Assembly: GCF_963921235.1 (NCBI RefSeq)
Contig: NC_086108.1
Location: forward strand, 104,968,001-105,032,000
Direction of reading: 5' to 3'
Source: Mobula hypostoma
Taxonomy: Eukaryota
Length of the DNA stretch: 64,000 bases
The notes under the pieces are model-generated. The model was not told the DNA's origin and searched no databases. It saw nothing but the letters and a program-made list of their open reading frames with translations. A program made the position numbers and the translations under genes. How positions within the stretch are numbered: position 1 is the first letter of the stretch; each line of letters begins with the position of its first letter. Positions 38,630 to 50,692 of this stretch are shown here, piece by piece.

Positions 38630-39335
38630 CAACAGACCCACAGGTGAAGGCCCCAAACAGTCCTTCCAGGTGAGGCGACGCTTCATCGGTGAGTCTGTTG
38701 GGGTCATATACTTTGTTCAGTGCAGCCGGTGTGGCCTCCTGTATATGGGTGAGACCTAACATAGATTGGGAGACTGCTTCACCGAGCATCTACACACAGT
38801 CCGCCAGAACAAGTGGAATCTCCCAGTGGCCAAACATTTTAATTTCACTTCCCATTCCCATTCTGATACGTTCATCCATGGCCCCCTCCACTGTCGTGTT
38901 CAGGCCACACTAAAGTTGGAGGAATAACACCTTATATTCCATCTGGGTCGCCTCCAACCTGATGGCATGAACATTGATTTCTCAAACTTCCAGCAATGCC
39001 TCCAACCACCCCCCACTTCATTATTTCCCATTTCCCATCCCCTTGCCCCTCTCTCATGTAATCTCCTTGCCTGCCCATCGCCTCCCTCTGGTGCTCCTCC
39101 CCCCACCCCTTTTTTCTTTCTTCCATGGCCTTCTGTCCCTTTCAGCAATCAACTTCCCAGCTCTTTGCTTCATCCCTCCCTCCAAGTTTCAAGCCTGGCG
39201 TTTCTCTCTCCTCTCCCACCAACTTTCAAATTTACTCCTCAGCATTGTTGAAGATTTTTGGCCTGAAATGTCGACTGTACTTTTTTCCATTGATGCTGCC
39301 TGGCCTGGAGTTCCTCCAGCATTTTGAGTGTGTTG
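38630..39335 (+). mobile_element. Penelope-like remnant with GIY-YIG domain
   Basis: GVIYFVQCSRCGLLYMGET..RLGDCFTEHL..PVAKHFN; pLTR end with gaaatgtcgactgt. Confidence 0.8.
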
Positions 39336-39606
39336 GTTTATCGTTTCCTTTCTTTTGCCTTCCTCCCTTCTTAAAGAGTGGAGTGACATTTGCAATTTTC
39401 CAGTCCTCTAGGGCCATTCTTGAAAGATCATGACCAATGCATCTGTTATCTCTTCAGCAACCTCTCTCAGGACTCTGGGATGTAGTCCATCTGGTCCAGG
39501 TGACTTACCCACCTTAAGACCTTTGAGTTTGCCTGGCATCTTTTCCTTTGTAATAGCAATGGCACTCACTCCTGCTCCCTGACACTCGCAGACCTCTGGC
39601 TCACTG

Positions 39607-41245
39607 TGCCAGAACCCTGGCACGGCAGAGCGGCGGCACCTCACACTGTCCTCGTTCACCTGGAGAAGAGGGTGCATACATTACAATCCCGTTCCTGGAC
39701 TACAGTTCAGCATTCATCGCCATAATTCCCTCCAGACTTGACAAGAAACTCAGCAACCTGAGCCTGCACCCTGTGGTGCAGCTGAATCCTAGACTTCCTA
39801 TCGGATCGCTGACAGGTGGTAAGGATGGGCTCCCTCACCGTTGCCCCTCTGACCCTCAATACGAGTCTGTGGTGGCCAGTGCGATCATGTTTGCTGTTGT
39901 GTGCTGGGGCAGCAGGCTGAGGGTATCAGACACCAACAGAATCAACAAACTCATTCATAACGCCAGTGATGTTGTGGGGATGGAACTGGACTCTCTGACG
40001 GTGGTGTCTGAAAAGGAGATGCTGTCCAAGTTGCATGCCATCTTGGTCAATATCTCCCATCCACTACATAATGTACTGGGTGGGCACAGGAGTACATTCA
40101 GCCAGAGACTCATTCCACCGAGATGCAGCACAGAGCGTCATAGGAAGTCATTCCTGCCTGTGGCCATCAAACTTTACAACTCCTCCCTTGGAGGGTCAGA
40201 CACCCTGAGCCAATAGGCTGGTCCTGGACTTATTTCATAATTTACCAGCATAATTTACATATTACTATTTAACTATTTATGGTTTTATTACTATTTAATG
40301 ATTTATGGTGCAACTGCAATGAAAACCAATTTTCCCCCGGGATCAATAAAGTATGACTATGACTATGACTAATACAGGTGCCCACCAGGGTTATATCCTA
40401 AGTCCCCCCCCCCGCCTCAACTCCCTTTACTCCGACGACTGTGCTGCCACACACAGCGCTAATCTGCTGATCAAATTCGCAGATGACATGAGGTTGATCG
40501 GCCTTATTTCTAGTGGTGACGAGACAGCCGGCAGAGCAGAGGTTAACACCCTGACACACTGGTGCCAAGAGAACAACCTTTCCCTCAGTGTTCAAAAAAC
40601 AAAGGAGATGATTGTGAATTGCAGGAGGAACGGAGACAGGCTCATCCTGATCAACATCAACGGGACTGCAGTTGAGAGGGTGAGTAGTTTCAAGTTCCTC
40701 GATATACACATCACCGAAGATCTCACCTGGACTGTACACACTGGCTGTGTGGCAAAAAAAAAACAACAGCGTCTCTTCCACCTCAGGCGATTGAAGAACT
40801 TCAGCATGGGGCCCCAAATTCTCAAGACCTCCTACAGGGGCACCATTGCGAGCATCCTGACCGGCTGTATCACTGCCTGGTAAAGGAATTGCACCAACCT
40901 TGATCGTTGGGCACTGCTGAGAGGGGTATGGATAGCCCAGCGCATCTGTGGATGTGAAATTCCCTCCTCTGAAGACATTTACAGCAGCAGGTGCAGAAAG
41001 AAGGCCTGGAAGATCATCAGGGACACCAGTCACCCCAACCATAAACTGTTTCAGCTGCTTCCGTCTAGCAAATGGCACCACAGCATTAAAGCCAGGACCA
41101 ACAGGCTATGGGACAGCTCCTTTCTACAAGCCATTAGACTTATAAATTCACATGTCTGTACATTGCGATGCAGTCATAACACAAAGATTTTTACTCCCTC
41201 ACGTCGTGGGATGGTTGTGGGTTCAAATAAATTCATTCATAACTG
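39607..41245 (+). mobile_element. Rex1/Babar-type LINE RT fragment
   Basis: NTGAHQG..KFADDM..WCQENNLSLSVQKTKEMIV; TSD cactg at 39602-39606 and 41246-41250. Confidence 0.85.
39863..40370 (+). mobile_element. Young Rex1-type 3' fragment (same family as 36922-37644) nested in the older Rex1
   Basis: Near-identical to 37140-37644; TSD aatac at 39858-39862 and 40371-40375. Confidence 0.9.
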
Positions 41246-42127
41246 CACTGCTAGTGTCTTCCACAGTGAAGACTGATGCAAAATACTCATTACGTTCATC
41301 TGTCATTGCTTTGTCCCCCATTACTACCTCACCAGCATCATTTTCTAGTAGTCCAATATCAACTCTCACCTCCCTTTTACTCTCTATATAACTGGAAAAA
41401 GCTTATGGTATCTTGCTTTACATTATTGGCTATTTTGCCCTCATATTTCATCTTTTCCCCTCTTATAGCTTTTTTAGTTGCTTTTTGTTGGATTTTAAAG
41501 CTTCCCAATCATCCAACTTCCCACTCACTTTTGCAACATTATATGCTGTTTCCTTGGCTTTTATGCAATCTTTAACTTCCCTTGTCAGCCACCACTGTCT
41601 AGCCCTGCTGTCTGAGAACTTCTTCCTCTGTGGGACATATCTATCCTGTGCCTAGTGAACTATTCCCAGAAACTTCAGCCATCTCTGCTTTGCCATCATC
41701 TTCGCTATTTCCTTTTCCAATCCACCTGGGCAAGCTCCTCTCTCATGCCTCTGTAATTCCCTTTATTCCATTGCAATACTGATACACATAGGTTATGCTT
41801 CTCTCTCTTAAGCTGCAGTATAAATTCATTCGTATTATGATCACTGTCTCTTAAGGGTTCCTTTATGTTAAGCTCCCTAATAAGGTCTGGGTTATTACAC
41901 AACACCAAATCTAAGACAGCCTTTCCCCTAGTAGCTTCAAGCACAAGTTGCTTTAAAAAGCCATCTCGTAGGCATTGAACAAATTCCCTCTCTTGTGATT
42001 TGACACCAGCCTGATTTTCCCAATTCCCTTGCATATTGAAGTCCCCCATTACAATTGTGACATTATCTTTATTACATGCCTTTTCCAACTCCCTTTGCAA
42101 TCTCAACCCCACATCCGGGTACTATTT

Positions 42128-44487
42128 AGAAACATAGAAACATAGAAAATAGGTGCAGGAGTAGGCCATTCGACCCTTCGAGCCTGCACCGCCATTTATT
42201 ATGATCATGGCTGATCATCCAACTCAGAACCCAGCCTTCCCTCCATACCCCCTGACCCCTGTAGCCACAAGGGCCATATCTAACTTCCTTTTAAACATAG
42301 CTAATGAACTGGCCTCAACAGTTTGCTGTGGCAGAGAATTCCACAGATTCACCACTCTCTGTGTGAAGAAGTTTTTCCTAACCTCGGTCCTAAAAGGTTT
42401 CCCCTCTATCCTCAAACTGTGACCCCTCGTTCTAGACCTCCCCAACATCGGGAACAATCTTCCCGCATCTAGCCTGTCCAATCCCTTTAGGATCTTATAC
42501 GTTTCAATCAGATCCCCCCTCAATCTTCTAAATTCCAACGAGTACAAGCCCAGTTCATCCAGTCTTTCTTCATATGAAAGACCTGCCATCCCAGGAATCA
42601 ATCTGGTGAACCTTCTTTGTACTCCCTCTATGGCAAAGATGTCTTTCCTCAGATTAGGGGACCAAAACTGCACACAATACTCCAGGTGTGGTCTCACCAA
42701 GGCCTTGTACAACTGCAGTAGTACCTCCCTGCTCCTGTACTCGAATCCTCTCGCTATAAATGCCAGCATACCGTTCGCCTTTTTCACCGCCTGCTGTACC
42801 TGCATGCCCACTTTCAATGACTGGTGTATAATGACACCCAGGTCTCGTTGCACCTCCCCTTTTCCTAATCGGCCACCATTCAGATAATAATCTGTTTTCC
42901 TATTTTTGCCACCAAAGTGGATAACTTCACATTTATCCACATTAAATTGCATCTGCCATGAGTTTGCCCACTCACCCAACCTATCCAAGTCACTCTGCAT
43001 CCTCTTAGCATCCTCCTCACTGCTAACACTGCCACCCAGCTTTGTGTCATCCGCAAACTTGGAGATGCTGCATTTAATTCCCTCATCCAAGTCATTAATA
43101 TATATTGTAAACAACTGGGGTCCCAGCACTGAGCCTTGCGGTACCCCACTAGTCACCGCCTGCCATTCTGAAAAGGTCCCGTTTATTCCCACTCTTTGCT
43201 TCCTGTCTGCTAACCAATTCTCCACCCACACCAATACCTTACCCCCAATACCGTGTGCTTTAAGTTTGCACAGTAATCTCCTGTGTGGGACCTTGTCAAA
43301 AGCCTTTTGAAAATCCAAATATACCACATCCACTGGTTCTCCCCTATCCACTCTACTAGTTACATCCTCAAAAAATTCTATGAGATTCGTCAGACATGAT
43401 TTTCCTTTCACAAATCCATGCTGACTTTGTCCGATCATTTCACCGCTTTCCAAATGTGCTGTTATCACATCCTTGATAACTGACTCCAGCAGTTTCCCCA
43501 CCACTGACGTTAGGCTAACCGGCCTATAATTCCCCGGTTTCTCTCTCCCTCCTTTTTTAAAAAGTGGGGTTACATTAGCCACCCTCCAATCCTCAGGAAC
43601 TAGTCCAGAATCTAACGAGTTTTGAAAAATTATCACTAATGCATCCACTATTTCTTGGGCCACTTCCTTAAGCATTCTGGGATGCAGACCATCTGGCCCT
43701 GGGGATTTATCTGCCTTCAATCCCTTCAATTTACCTAACACCACTTCCCTACTAACATGTATTTCGCTCAGTTCCTCCATCTCACTGGACCCTCTGTCCC
43801 TTACTATTTCTGGAAGATTATTTATGTCCTCCTTAGTGAAGACAGAACCAAAGTAATTATTCAATTGATCTGCCATGTCCTTGCTCCCCATAATCAATTC
43901 ACCTGTTTCTGTTTGCAGGGGACCTACATTTGTCTTTATCAGTCTTTTCCTTTTTACATATCTATAAAAGCTTTTACAGTCCGTTTTTATGTTCTCTGCC
44001 AGTTTTCTCTCATAATCTTTTTTCCCCTTCCTAATTAAGCCCTTTGTCCTCCTCTGCTGAACTCTGAATTTCTCCCAGTCCTCAGGTGAGCCACTTTCTC
44101 TGGCTAATTTGTATGCTACTTCTTTGGAATTGATACTATCCCTAATTTCTCTTGTCAGCCACGGGTGCACTACCTTCCTTGATTTATTCTTTTGCCAAAC
44201 TGGGATGAACAATTGTTGTAGTTCATCCATGCAACCTTTAAATGCCTGCCATTGCATATCCACCGTCAATCCTTGAAGTGTCATTTGCCAGTCTATCTTA
44301 GCTAATTCACGTCTCATACCTTCAAAGTTACCCCTCTTTAAGTTCAGAACCTTTGTTTCTGAATTAACTACGTCACTCTCCATGTTAATGAAGAATTCCA
44401 CCATATTATGGTCACTCTTACCCAAGGGGCCTCTCACGACAAGATCGCTAATTAACCCTTCCTCATTGCTCAAAACCCAGTCCAGAA
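42128..44487 (-). mobile_element. Young 5'-truncated CR1 LINE
   Basis: (TTCTATGT)n tail at the left end; tattt duplicated at 42123-42127 and 44488-44492. Confidence 0.95.
42224..44473 (-). CDS. CR1 ORF2 fragment, 749 aa (end of APE domain and complete RT domain); lacks N-terminus
   Basis: SDH endonuclease motif, NYRPVSLTS, YLDFQKAFDKVPH, GVPQGSVLGP and KFADD; no stops. Confidence 0.85.
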   Translation of the reverse strand: MSNEEGLISDLVVRGPLGKSDHNMVEFFINMESDVVNSETKVLNLKRGNFEGMRRELAKIDWQMTLQGLTVDMQWQAFKGCMDELQQLFIPVWQKNKSRKVVHPWLTREIRDSINSKEVAYKLARESGSPEDWEKFRVQQRRTKGLIRKGKKDYERKLAENIKTDCKSFYRYVKRKRLIKTNVGPLQTETGELIMGSKDMADQLNNYFGSVFTKEDINNLPEIVRDRGSSEMEELSEIHVSREVVLGKLKGLKADKSPGPDGLHPRMLKEVAQEIVDALVIIFQNSLDSGLVPEDWRVANVTPLFKKGGREKPGNYRPVSLTSVVGKLLESVIKDVITAHLESGEMIGQSQHGFVKGKSCLTNLIEFFEDVTSRVDRGEPVDVVYLDFQKAFDKVPHRRLLCKLKAHGIGGKVLVWVENWLADRKQRVGINGTFSEWQAVTSGVPQGSVLGPQLFTIYINDLDEGIKCSISKFADDTKLGGSVSSEEDAKRMQSDLDRLGEWANSWQMQFNVDKCEVIHFGGKNRKTDYYLNGGRLGKGEVQRDLGVIIHQSLKVGMQVQQAVKKANGMLAFIARGFEYRSREVLLQLYKALVRPHLEYCVQFWSPNLRKDIFAIEGVQRRFTRLIPGMAGLSYEERLDELGLYSLEFRRLRGDLIETYKILKGLDRLDAGRLFPMLGRSRTRGHSLRIEGKPFRTEVRKNFFTQRVVNLWNSLPQQTVEASSLAMFKRKLDMALVATGVRGYGGKAGF

Positions 44488-44534
44488 TATTTGAGTCCTA
44501 TATTTATTTCACCCTCGCAGTTTGTTAACTACAC

Positions 44535-45683
44535 AGAAACATAGAAAACCTACAGCACAAATGAGGCCTTTCGGCCCACAATGCTGTGGCAAACATGAAC
44601 TTACTTGAGAAATTACCTAGTGTTACCTAAAGCCCTCTATTTTTCTAAGCTTTATTTACCTATCCAGGAGCCTCTTAAAAGACCCTATTGTATCTGCCTC
44701 CACCACCGTCACCGGCAGCCCATTCCACACACTCACCATTCTATGCATAAAAAAACTTACCCCTGACATCTCCTCTGTACCTACTTCCAAGCACCTGAAA
44801 ACTGTGCCCTCTCATGTTAGCCATTTCAGCCCTGGGAAAAAGCCTCTGACTATCCACACGACCAATGCCTCTCATTATCTTATACACCTCTGTCAGGTCA
44901 CCTCTCATCCTCTGTCGCTCCAAGGAAAAAAGGCCGAGTTCACTCAACCTATTCTCATAAGGCATGCTCCCCAATCCAGGCAACATCCTTGTAAATCTCC
45001 TCTGCACCCTTTCTATGGTTTCCATGTCCTTCCTGTAGTGAGGTGACTAGAACTGAGCACAGTACTCCAAGTGGCGTCTGACCAGGGTCCTATACAACTG
45101 TAACATTACCTCTTGGCTCTTGAACTCAATTCCGTGAGTGAAGAAAGCCAATGCACCATATGCCTTCTTAACCACACAGTCAACCTGTGCAGCAGCTTTG
45201 AGTGTCCTATGGACTCAGACCCCAAGATCCCTCTGATCCTCCACACTGCCAAGTCTTATAATTAATACTATATTCTGCCATCATATTTGACCTACCAACA
45301 TGAACCACCTCACACTTATCTGGGTCGAACTCCATCTGCCACTTCTCAGCCCAGTTTTGCACCCTATCGATGTCCCGCTGTAACCTCTGACAGCCCTCCA
45401 CATTATCACAACACCCCCAACCTTTGTGTCATCAGCAAATTTACCAACCCATCCCCCCACTTCCTCATCCAGGTCATTTATAAAAATCACAAAGAGTAGG
45501 AGGTCCCAGAACAGATCCCTGAGGCACACCACTGGTCACCGACCTCCATGCAGATTATGACCCATCTACAACCACTCTTTGCCTTCTGTGGGCAAGCCAG
45601 TTCTGGATCCACAAAGCAAGGACCCCTTGGATCCCATGCCTCCTTACTTTCTCAATAAGCCTTGCATGGAGTACCTTATCAAA
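44535..45683 (-). mobile_element. Intermediate-age CR1 subfamily 3' fragment
   Basis: KFADDTKVGGVV and ETIERVQRRFTRMLPGL; TSD tacac at 44530-44534 and 45684-45688. Confidence 0.85.
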
Positions 45684-47629
45684 TACACCCATAAAGATTC
45701 AACATTCTCTGATCCTTAGTCATCTCTTTCTAAAGGCATAATTCCATCTCTTACCAATGGAGTCACACCACCACCTATGCCTTTCTGCCTGTCCTTTTGA
45801 TACAAATATGTCCTTTGATATTATGCTCCCATCTACGGCCTTCTTTCAGCCATGACTCAGTGATGTCCACAACGCCATATCAACCAATCTCTAATGAGTT
45901 CATCCACCTTATTCCAAATGCTACGCACATTTAAATACAGCACCTTCAGTCTTGCATTCTTCACCCTTTTGAATTTTGCTTCTATGGTACAACTTAACTC
46001 TTTGCTCTGTCTGCATTTGTACCCAGTCATTGGCCTGTCCATCCTTACATTCATGTTACACCAGTCATCTACTCGTAAACCTGCTGGGGCATCCTCAGCT
46101 CTATCATACCGGTTCCCATCCCCTGCCATATTAGTTTAAACAGCTCCCAAAAGCTCCAGTAAACCTGCCCGTGAAAATATTAGTCCCCGTCGAAACAAAT
46201 GAGTCTTTTTCTGTTGATCAATGTCAAAAAAGCCAAATTAAGTCCACTGTGATTCAATGTTGTAAAACAATAAAACATGAAAACTTCCTTCCGACAGAGG
46301 ATGAGAGGTGACCAAATAGAGGTGTATGAGATGAAGAGAGGCATTGATCGTGTGGATAGTCAGAGACTTTTTCCCAGGGCTGAAATGACTAGCACGAGGG
46401 AGCACAGTTTTAAGGTGCTTGGAAGTAGGTACAGAGGAGATATCAGGGGTAAGTTTTTTATGCAGAGAGTGGTGTGTGCATGGAATAGGCTGCCGGTGAT
46501 GGTGGTGGAGATGGATACGATAGAGTCTTTTAAGAGACTCCTGGACAGGTATATGGAGCTCAGAAAAATAGAGGGCTATGGGTAACCCTAGGTAATTTCT
46601 CAGGTAAGGACATGTTCTGCACAGCTTTGTGGGCCGAAAGGCCTGTATTGTGCTATAGGTTTTCTATGTTTCTATGTTTTTATGAGGGATGATTATCTTT
46701 TATAGGCACTGTATATATTTCTTATTTTAATTTATAGTACATTTATTGCACTGTACTACTGCAACATAACAGCAAAACTTCATGAAATATCTCAGTGATG
46801 ATAATGTTGATTCTGATTCTAAACAAATTCCAACTGTCTGGCTTCCTCTCCCTTTAATGAATGGCAACAGGCATCTTTTATTGTTCTGTTCTGGCCTTTT
46901 TATGACTAAGAGGAAATGTGTTGACAATGAATCTGTCCATTAGCAAGGGTGGGAAAAGGAAAAGGGCAGGACCTGATCATCAATCATTGAATGAAAGCAA
47001 CGTGTAGTAGTTTCCAACAAGTGGGAATCAAGTTTTCAAAATACACATCAGCAAATTCAAAGGCAGGCTCATTTTATTTAGATTCAGGCTCATATATTTA
47101 TCACAAATACATTGAAACGTGCAACAAACAAAAACCTAAAGATGTGCTGGGAAAAATTCGCAAGTGTTGCCCCCCTTTCCAGCGACAATATAGCATGGCC
47201 ACAATGCTTGACAGATCAACATAGAACTTCTGTTAAGATGGCGGTGTGCTTGGACGCAGCAGGCACTCTGGGTCCCATCAATGGTGTATATGTTTATCCT
47301 GTACATCTCTCTTGTGTTTGGCAATCACCGCTGGATACTGAAAACATCAGGTACTGAAGGACTACCTCATCAGCAAGTCACTCAATAGTGATGGAGCTGG
47401 ACATATTGTGTACCACTGGTGTGTTCTCGCCAGGACACGTAGCGGAGTGAGTGACTGTCTTGAATATTTTTATTGTGATCACAAGACCCTGTCAGACACT
47501 GGTGATGTAGAATACTGCAAGTCCAGTTCACTGGCATGGAGAAGGCCCGTATACCTTTGAGTTGCCTGCTGGTGGTTGCCAGTGAAGGAGACGTTGGAGC
47601 TGGCTGTGTGCTGTGTTGGGGTCTAGCCC

Positions 47630-48350
47630 CTCCTGTCGGTGTTCCCCTCAGTGTTTGTTCGGTGTTCCCCTCAGTGTTCGCTCGGTGTTCCCCTCGGTGT
47701 TTGCTCGGTTTTCCCCTCGTGTTCGTTCGGTATTCCCCTCGGTTTTCCCCATGGTGTCCTCCTCGGTGTTCCCCTCGGTGTTCGTTTGGTGTTCCCCTCG
47801 TGTTCGTTCGGTATTCCCCACGGTGTTCGCCCGGTGTTCCCCTCAGTGTTCGTTCCGTGATGCCCTCTGGTGTTCACTCAGTGCTCCCCTCAGTGTTCAT
47901 TCGGTGTTGCCCTCTAATATTCCCTCGGTGCTGCTCTCAATGTTCACCCAGTGCTCCCCTCATTGTTCGTTCAGCACTGCTCTCTGTTGTTCACTCTGTA
48001 CTCCCCTCAGTGTTTGCTCGGTACTCCCCTCAATGTTTATACAGTGCTGCTCTCCAGTGTTCGCTCGGTGCTGCTCTCTAGTGTTTGCTCAGTGCTGCTC
48101 TCCAGTGTTTGCTCGGTGCTCCCCTCAATGTTTATACAGTGCTGCTCTCCAGTGTTCGCTCGGTGCTCCCCTCAATGCTTATACAGTGCTGCTCTCCAGT
48201 GTTCGCTCGGTGCTCCCCTCTATGTTTATACAGTGCTGCTCTCCAGTGTTCGCTCGGTGCTCCCCTCAATGTTTATACAGTGCTGCTCTCCAGTGTTCGC
48301 TCGGTGCTACTCTCCAGTGTTTGCTCGGTGCTCCCCTCAGTGTTTGTTTG
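47630..48350. repeat. Minisatellite with ~12-bp, 23-bp and 47-bp periodicities
   Basis: cggtgttcccct subunits at the left; cagtgttcgctcggtgctcccct alternating with caatgtttatacagtgctgctctc at the right. Confidence 0.9.
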
Positions 48351-48519
48351 GTGGAACAGCAAGGTGGATCAGGACAACTCAGGGCTATATCATTTTTTCT
48401 CTCTTTGTAACTGTATATTTTTTCCCTGAAATCGTAACTATATATGCTATTTCTGCCACATTCTACTTACAATGTGCTGTGTGCTGCTGGAAACGTTTTA
48501 CAGTTGGTGCTGCAGGAAA

Positions 48520-50692
48520 ACTGGCAAATGACACTTAAAGGATTGACGGTGGATATGCAATGGCAAGCATTTATAGGTTGCATGGATGAACTACAACAAT
48601 TGTTCATCCCAGTTTGGCAAAAGAATAAATCAAGGAAGGTAGTGCACCCGTGGCTGACAAGAGAAATTAGGGATAGTATCAATTCCAAAGAAGTAGCATA
48701 CAAATTAGCCAGAGAAAGTGGCTCACCTGAGGACTGGGAGAAATTCAGAGTTCAGCAGAGGAGGACAAAGGGCTTAATTAGGAAGGGGAAAAAAGATTAT
48801 GAGAGAAAACCGGCAGAGAACATAAAAACGGACTGTAAAAGCTTTTATAGATATGTAAAAAGGAAAAGACTGGTAAAGACAAATGTAGGTCCCCTGCAGA
48901 CAGAAACAGGTGAATTGATTATGGGGAGCAAGGACATGGCAGACCAATTGAATAATTACTTTGGTTCTGTCTTCACTAAGGAGGACATAAATAATCTTCC
49001 AGAAATAGTAAGGGACAGAGGGTCCAGTGAGATGGAGGAACTGAGTGAAATAAATGTTAGTAGGGAAGTGGTGTTAGGTAAATTGAAGGGATTGAAGGCA
49101 GATAAATCCCCAGGGCCAGATGGTCTGCATCCTAGAGTGCTTAAGGAAGTAGCCCAAGAAATAGTGGATGCATTAGTGATAATTTTTCAAAACTCGTTAG
49201 ATTCTGGACTAGTTCCTGAGGATTGGAGGGTGGCTAATGTAACCCCAATTTTTAAAAAAGGAGGGAGAGAGAAACCGGGGAATTATAGACCGGTTAGCCT
49301 AACGTCGGTGGTGGGGAAACTGCTGGAGTCAGTGATCAAGGATGTGATAACAGCACATTTGGAAAGCGGAGAAATGATCGGACAAAGTCAGCATGGATTT
49401 GTGAAAGGAAAATCATGTCTGACGAATCTCATAGAATTTTTTGAGGATGTAACTAGTAGAGTGGATAGGGGAGAACCAGTGGATGTGGTATATTTGGATT
49501 TTCAAAAGGCTTTTGACAAGGTCCCACACAGGAGATTAGTGTGCAAACTTAAAGCACACGGTATTGCGGGTAAGGTATTGGTGTGGGTGGAGAATTGGTT
49601 AGCAGACAGGAAGCAAAGAGTGGGAATAAACGGGACCTTTTCAGAATGGCAGGCGGTGACTAGTGGGGTGCCGCAAGGCTCAGTGCTGGGACCCCAGTTG
49701 TTTACAATATATATTAATGACTTGGATGAGGGAATTAAATGCAGCATCTCCAAGTTTGCGGATGACACGAAGCTGGGCGGCAGTGTTAGCAGTGAGGAGG
49801 ATGCTAAGAGGATGCAGGGTGACTTGGATAGGTTGGGTGAGTGGGCAAACTCATGGCAGATGCAATTTAATGTGGATAAATGTGAAGTTATCCACTTTGG
49901 TGGCAAAAATAGGAAAACAGATTATTATCTGAGTGGTGGCCGATTAGGAAAAGGGGAGGTGCAACGAGACCTGGGTGTCATTATACACCAGTCATTGAAA
50001 GTGGGCATGCAGGTACAGCAGGCGGTGAAAAAGGCGAATGGTATGCTGGCATTTATAGCGAGAGGATTCGAGTACAGGAGCAGGGAGGTACTACTGCAGT
50101 TGTACAAGGCCTTGGTGAGACCACACCTGGAGTATTGTGTGCAGTTTTGGTCCCCTAATCTGAGGAAAGACATCTTTGCCATAGAGGGAGTACAAAGAAG
50201 GTTCACCAGATTGATTCCTGGGATGGCAGGACTTTCATATGAAGAAAGACTGGATGAACTGGGCTTGTACTCATTGGAATTTAGAAGATTGAGGGGGGAT
50301 CTGATTGAAATGTATAAGATCCTAAAGGGATTGGACAGGCTAGATGCAGGAAGATTGTTCCCGATGTTGGGGAAGTCCAGAACGAGGGGTCACAGTTTGA
50401 GGATAGAGGGGAAGCCTGTTAGGACTGAGATTAGGAAAAACTTCTTCACACAGAGAGTGGTGAATCTGTGGAATTCTCTGCCACAGCAAACTGTTGAGGC
50501 CAGTTCATTGGCTATATTTAAGAGGGAGTTAGATATGGCCCTTGTGGCTACGGGGATCAGGGGGTATGGAGGGAAGGCTGGGGCGGGGTTCTGAGTTGGA
50601 TGATCAGCCATGATCATAATAAATGGCGGTGTAGGCTCGAAGGGCCGAATGGCCTACTCCTGCACCTATTTTCTATGTTTCTATGTTTCTAT
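48520..50692 (+). mobile_element. Young 5'-truncated CR1 LINE with open RT frame (ORF ends 50594)
   Basis: Near-identical to the reverse complement of 42128-44293; KFADD; (TTCTATGT)n tail. The first ~25 aa of the 716-aa ORF are flank. Confidence 0.95.

Larger units (their letters stand above)
39345..46190 (-). mobile_element. Old CR1 (APE endonuclease to early RT) split by four nested LINEs
   Basis: LKVLYLNVRSIWNKVDEL (~45900), IVMGDFN..LDLVLCN..DSDHN (41705-42112) and KSPGPDGLHPRVL (~39480) are collinear across the insertions. Confidence 0.8.

Noticed and set aside
42224..44473. Domesticated RT gene or autonomous CR1
   Set aside because: 5'-truncated within the endonuclease domain, no ORF1 or promoter, and near-identical to other copies; the open frame reflects youth.
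47536..48538. Cys/Ser/Pro-rich ORFs of 114-265 aa
   Set aside because: These are translations of the minisatellite.
42128..50692. Single twin-primed or inverted CR1 insertion
   Set aside because: Each copy has its own tail and interrupts a different, collinear host element, and they carry different diagnostic variants.
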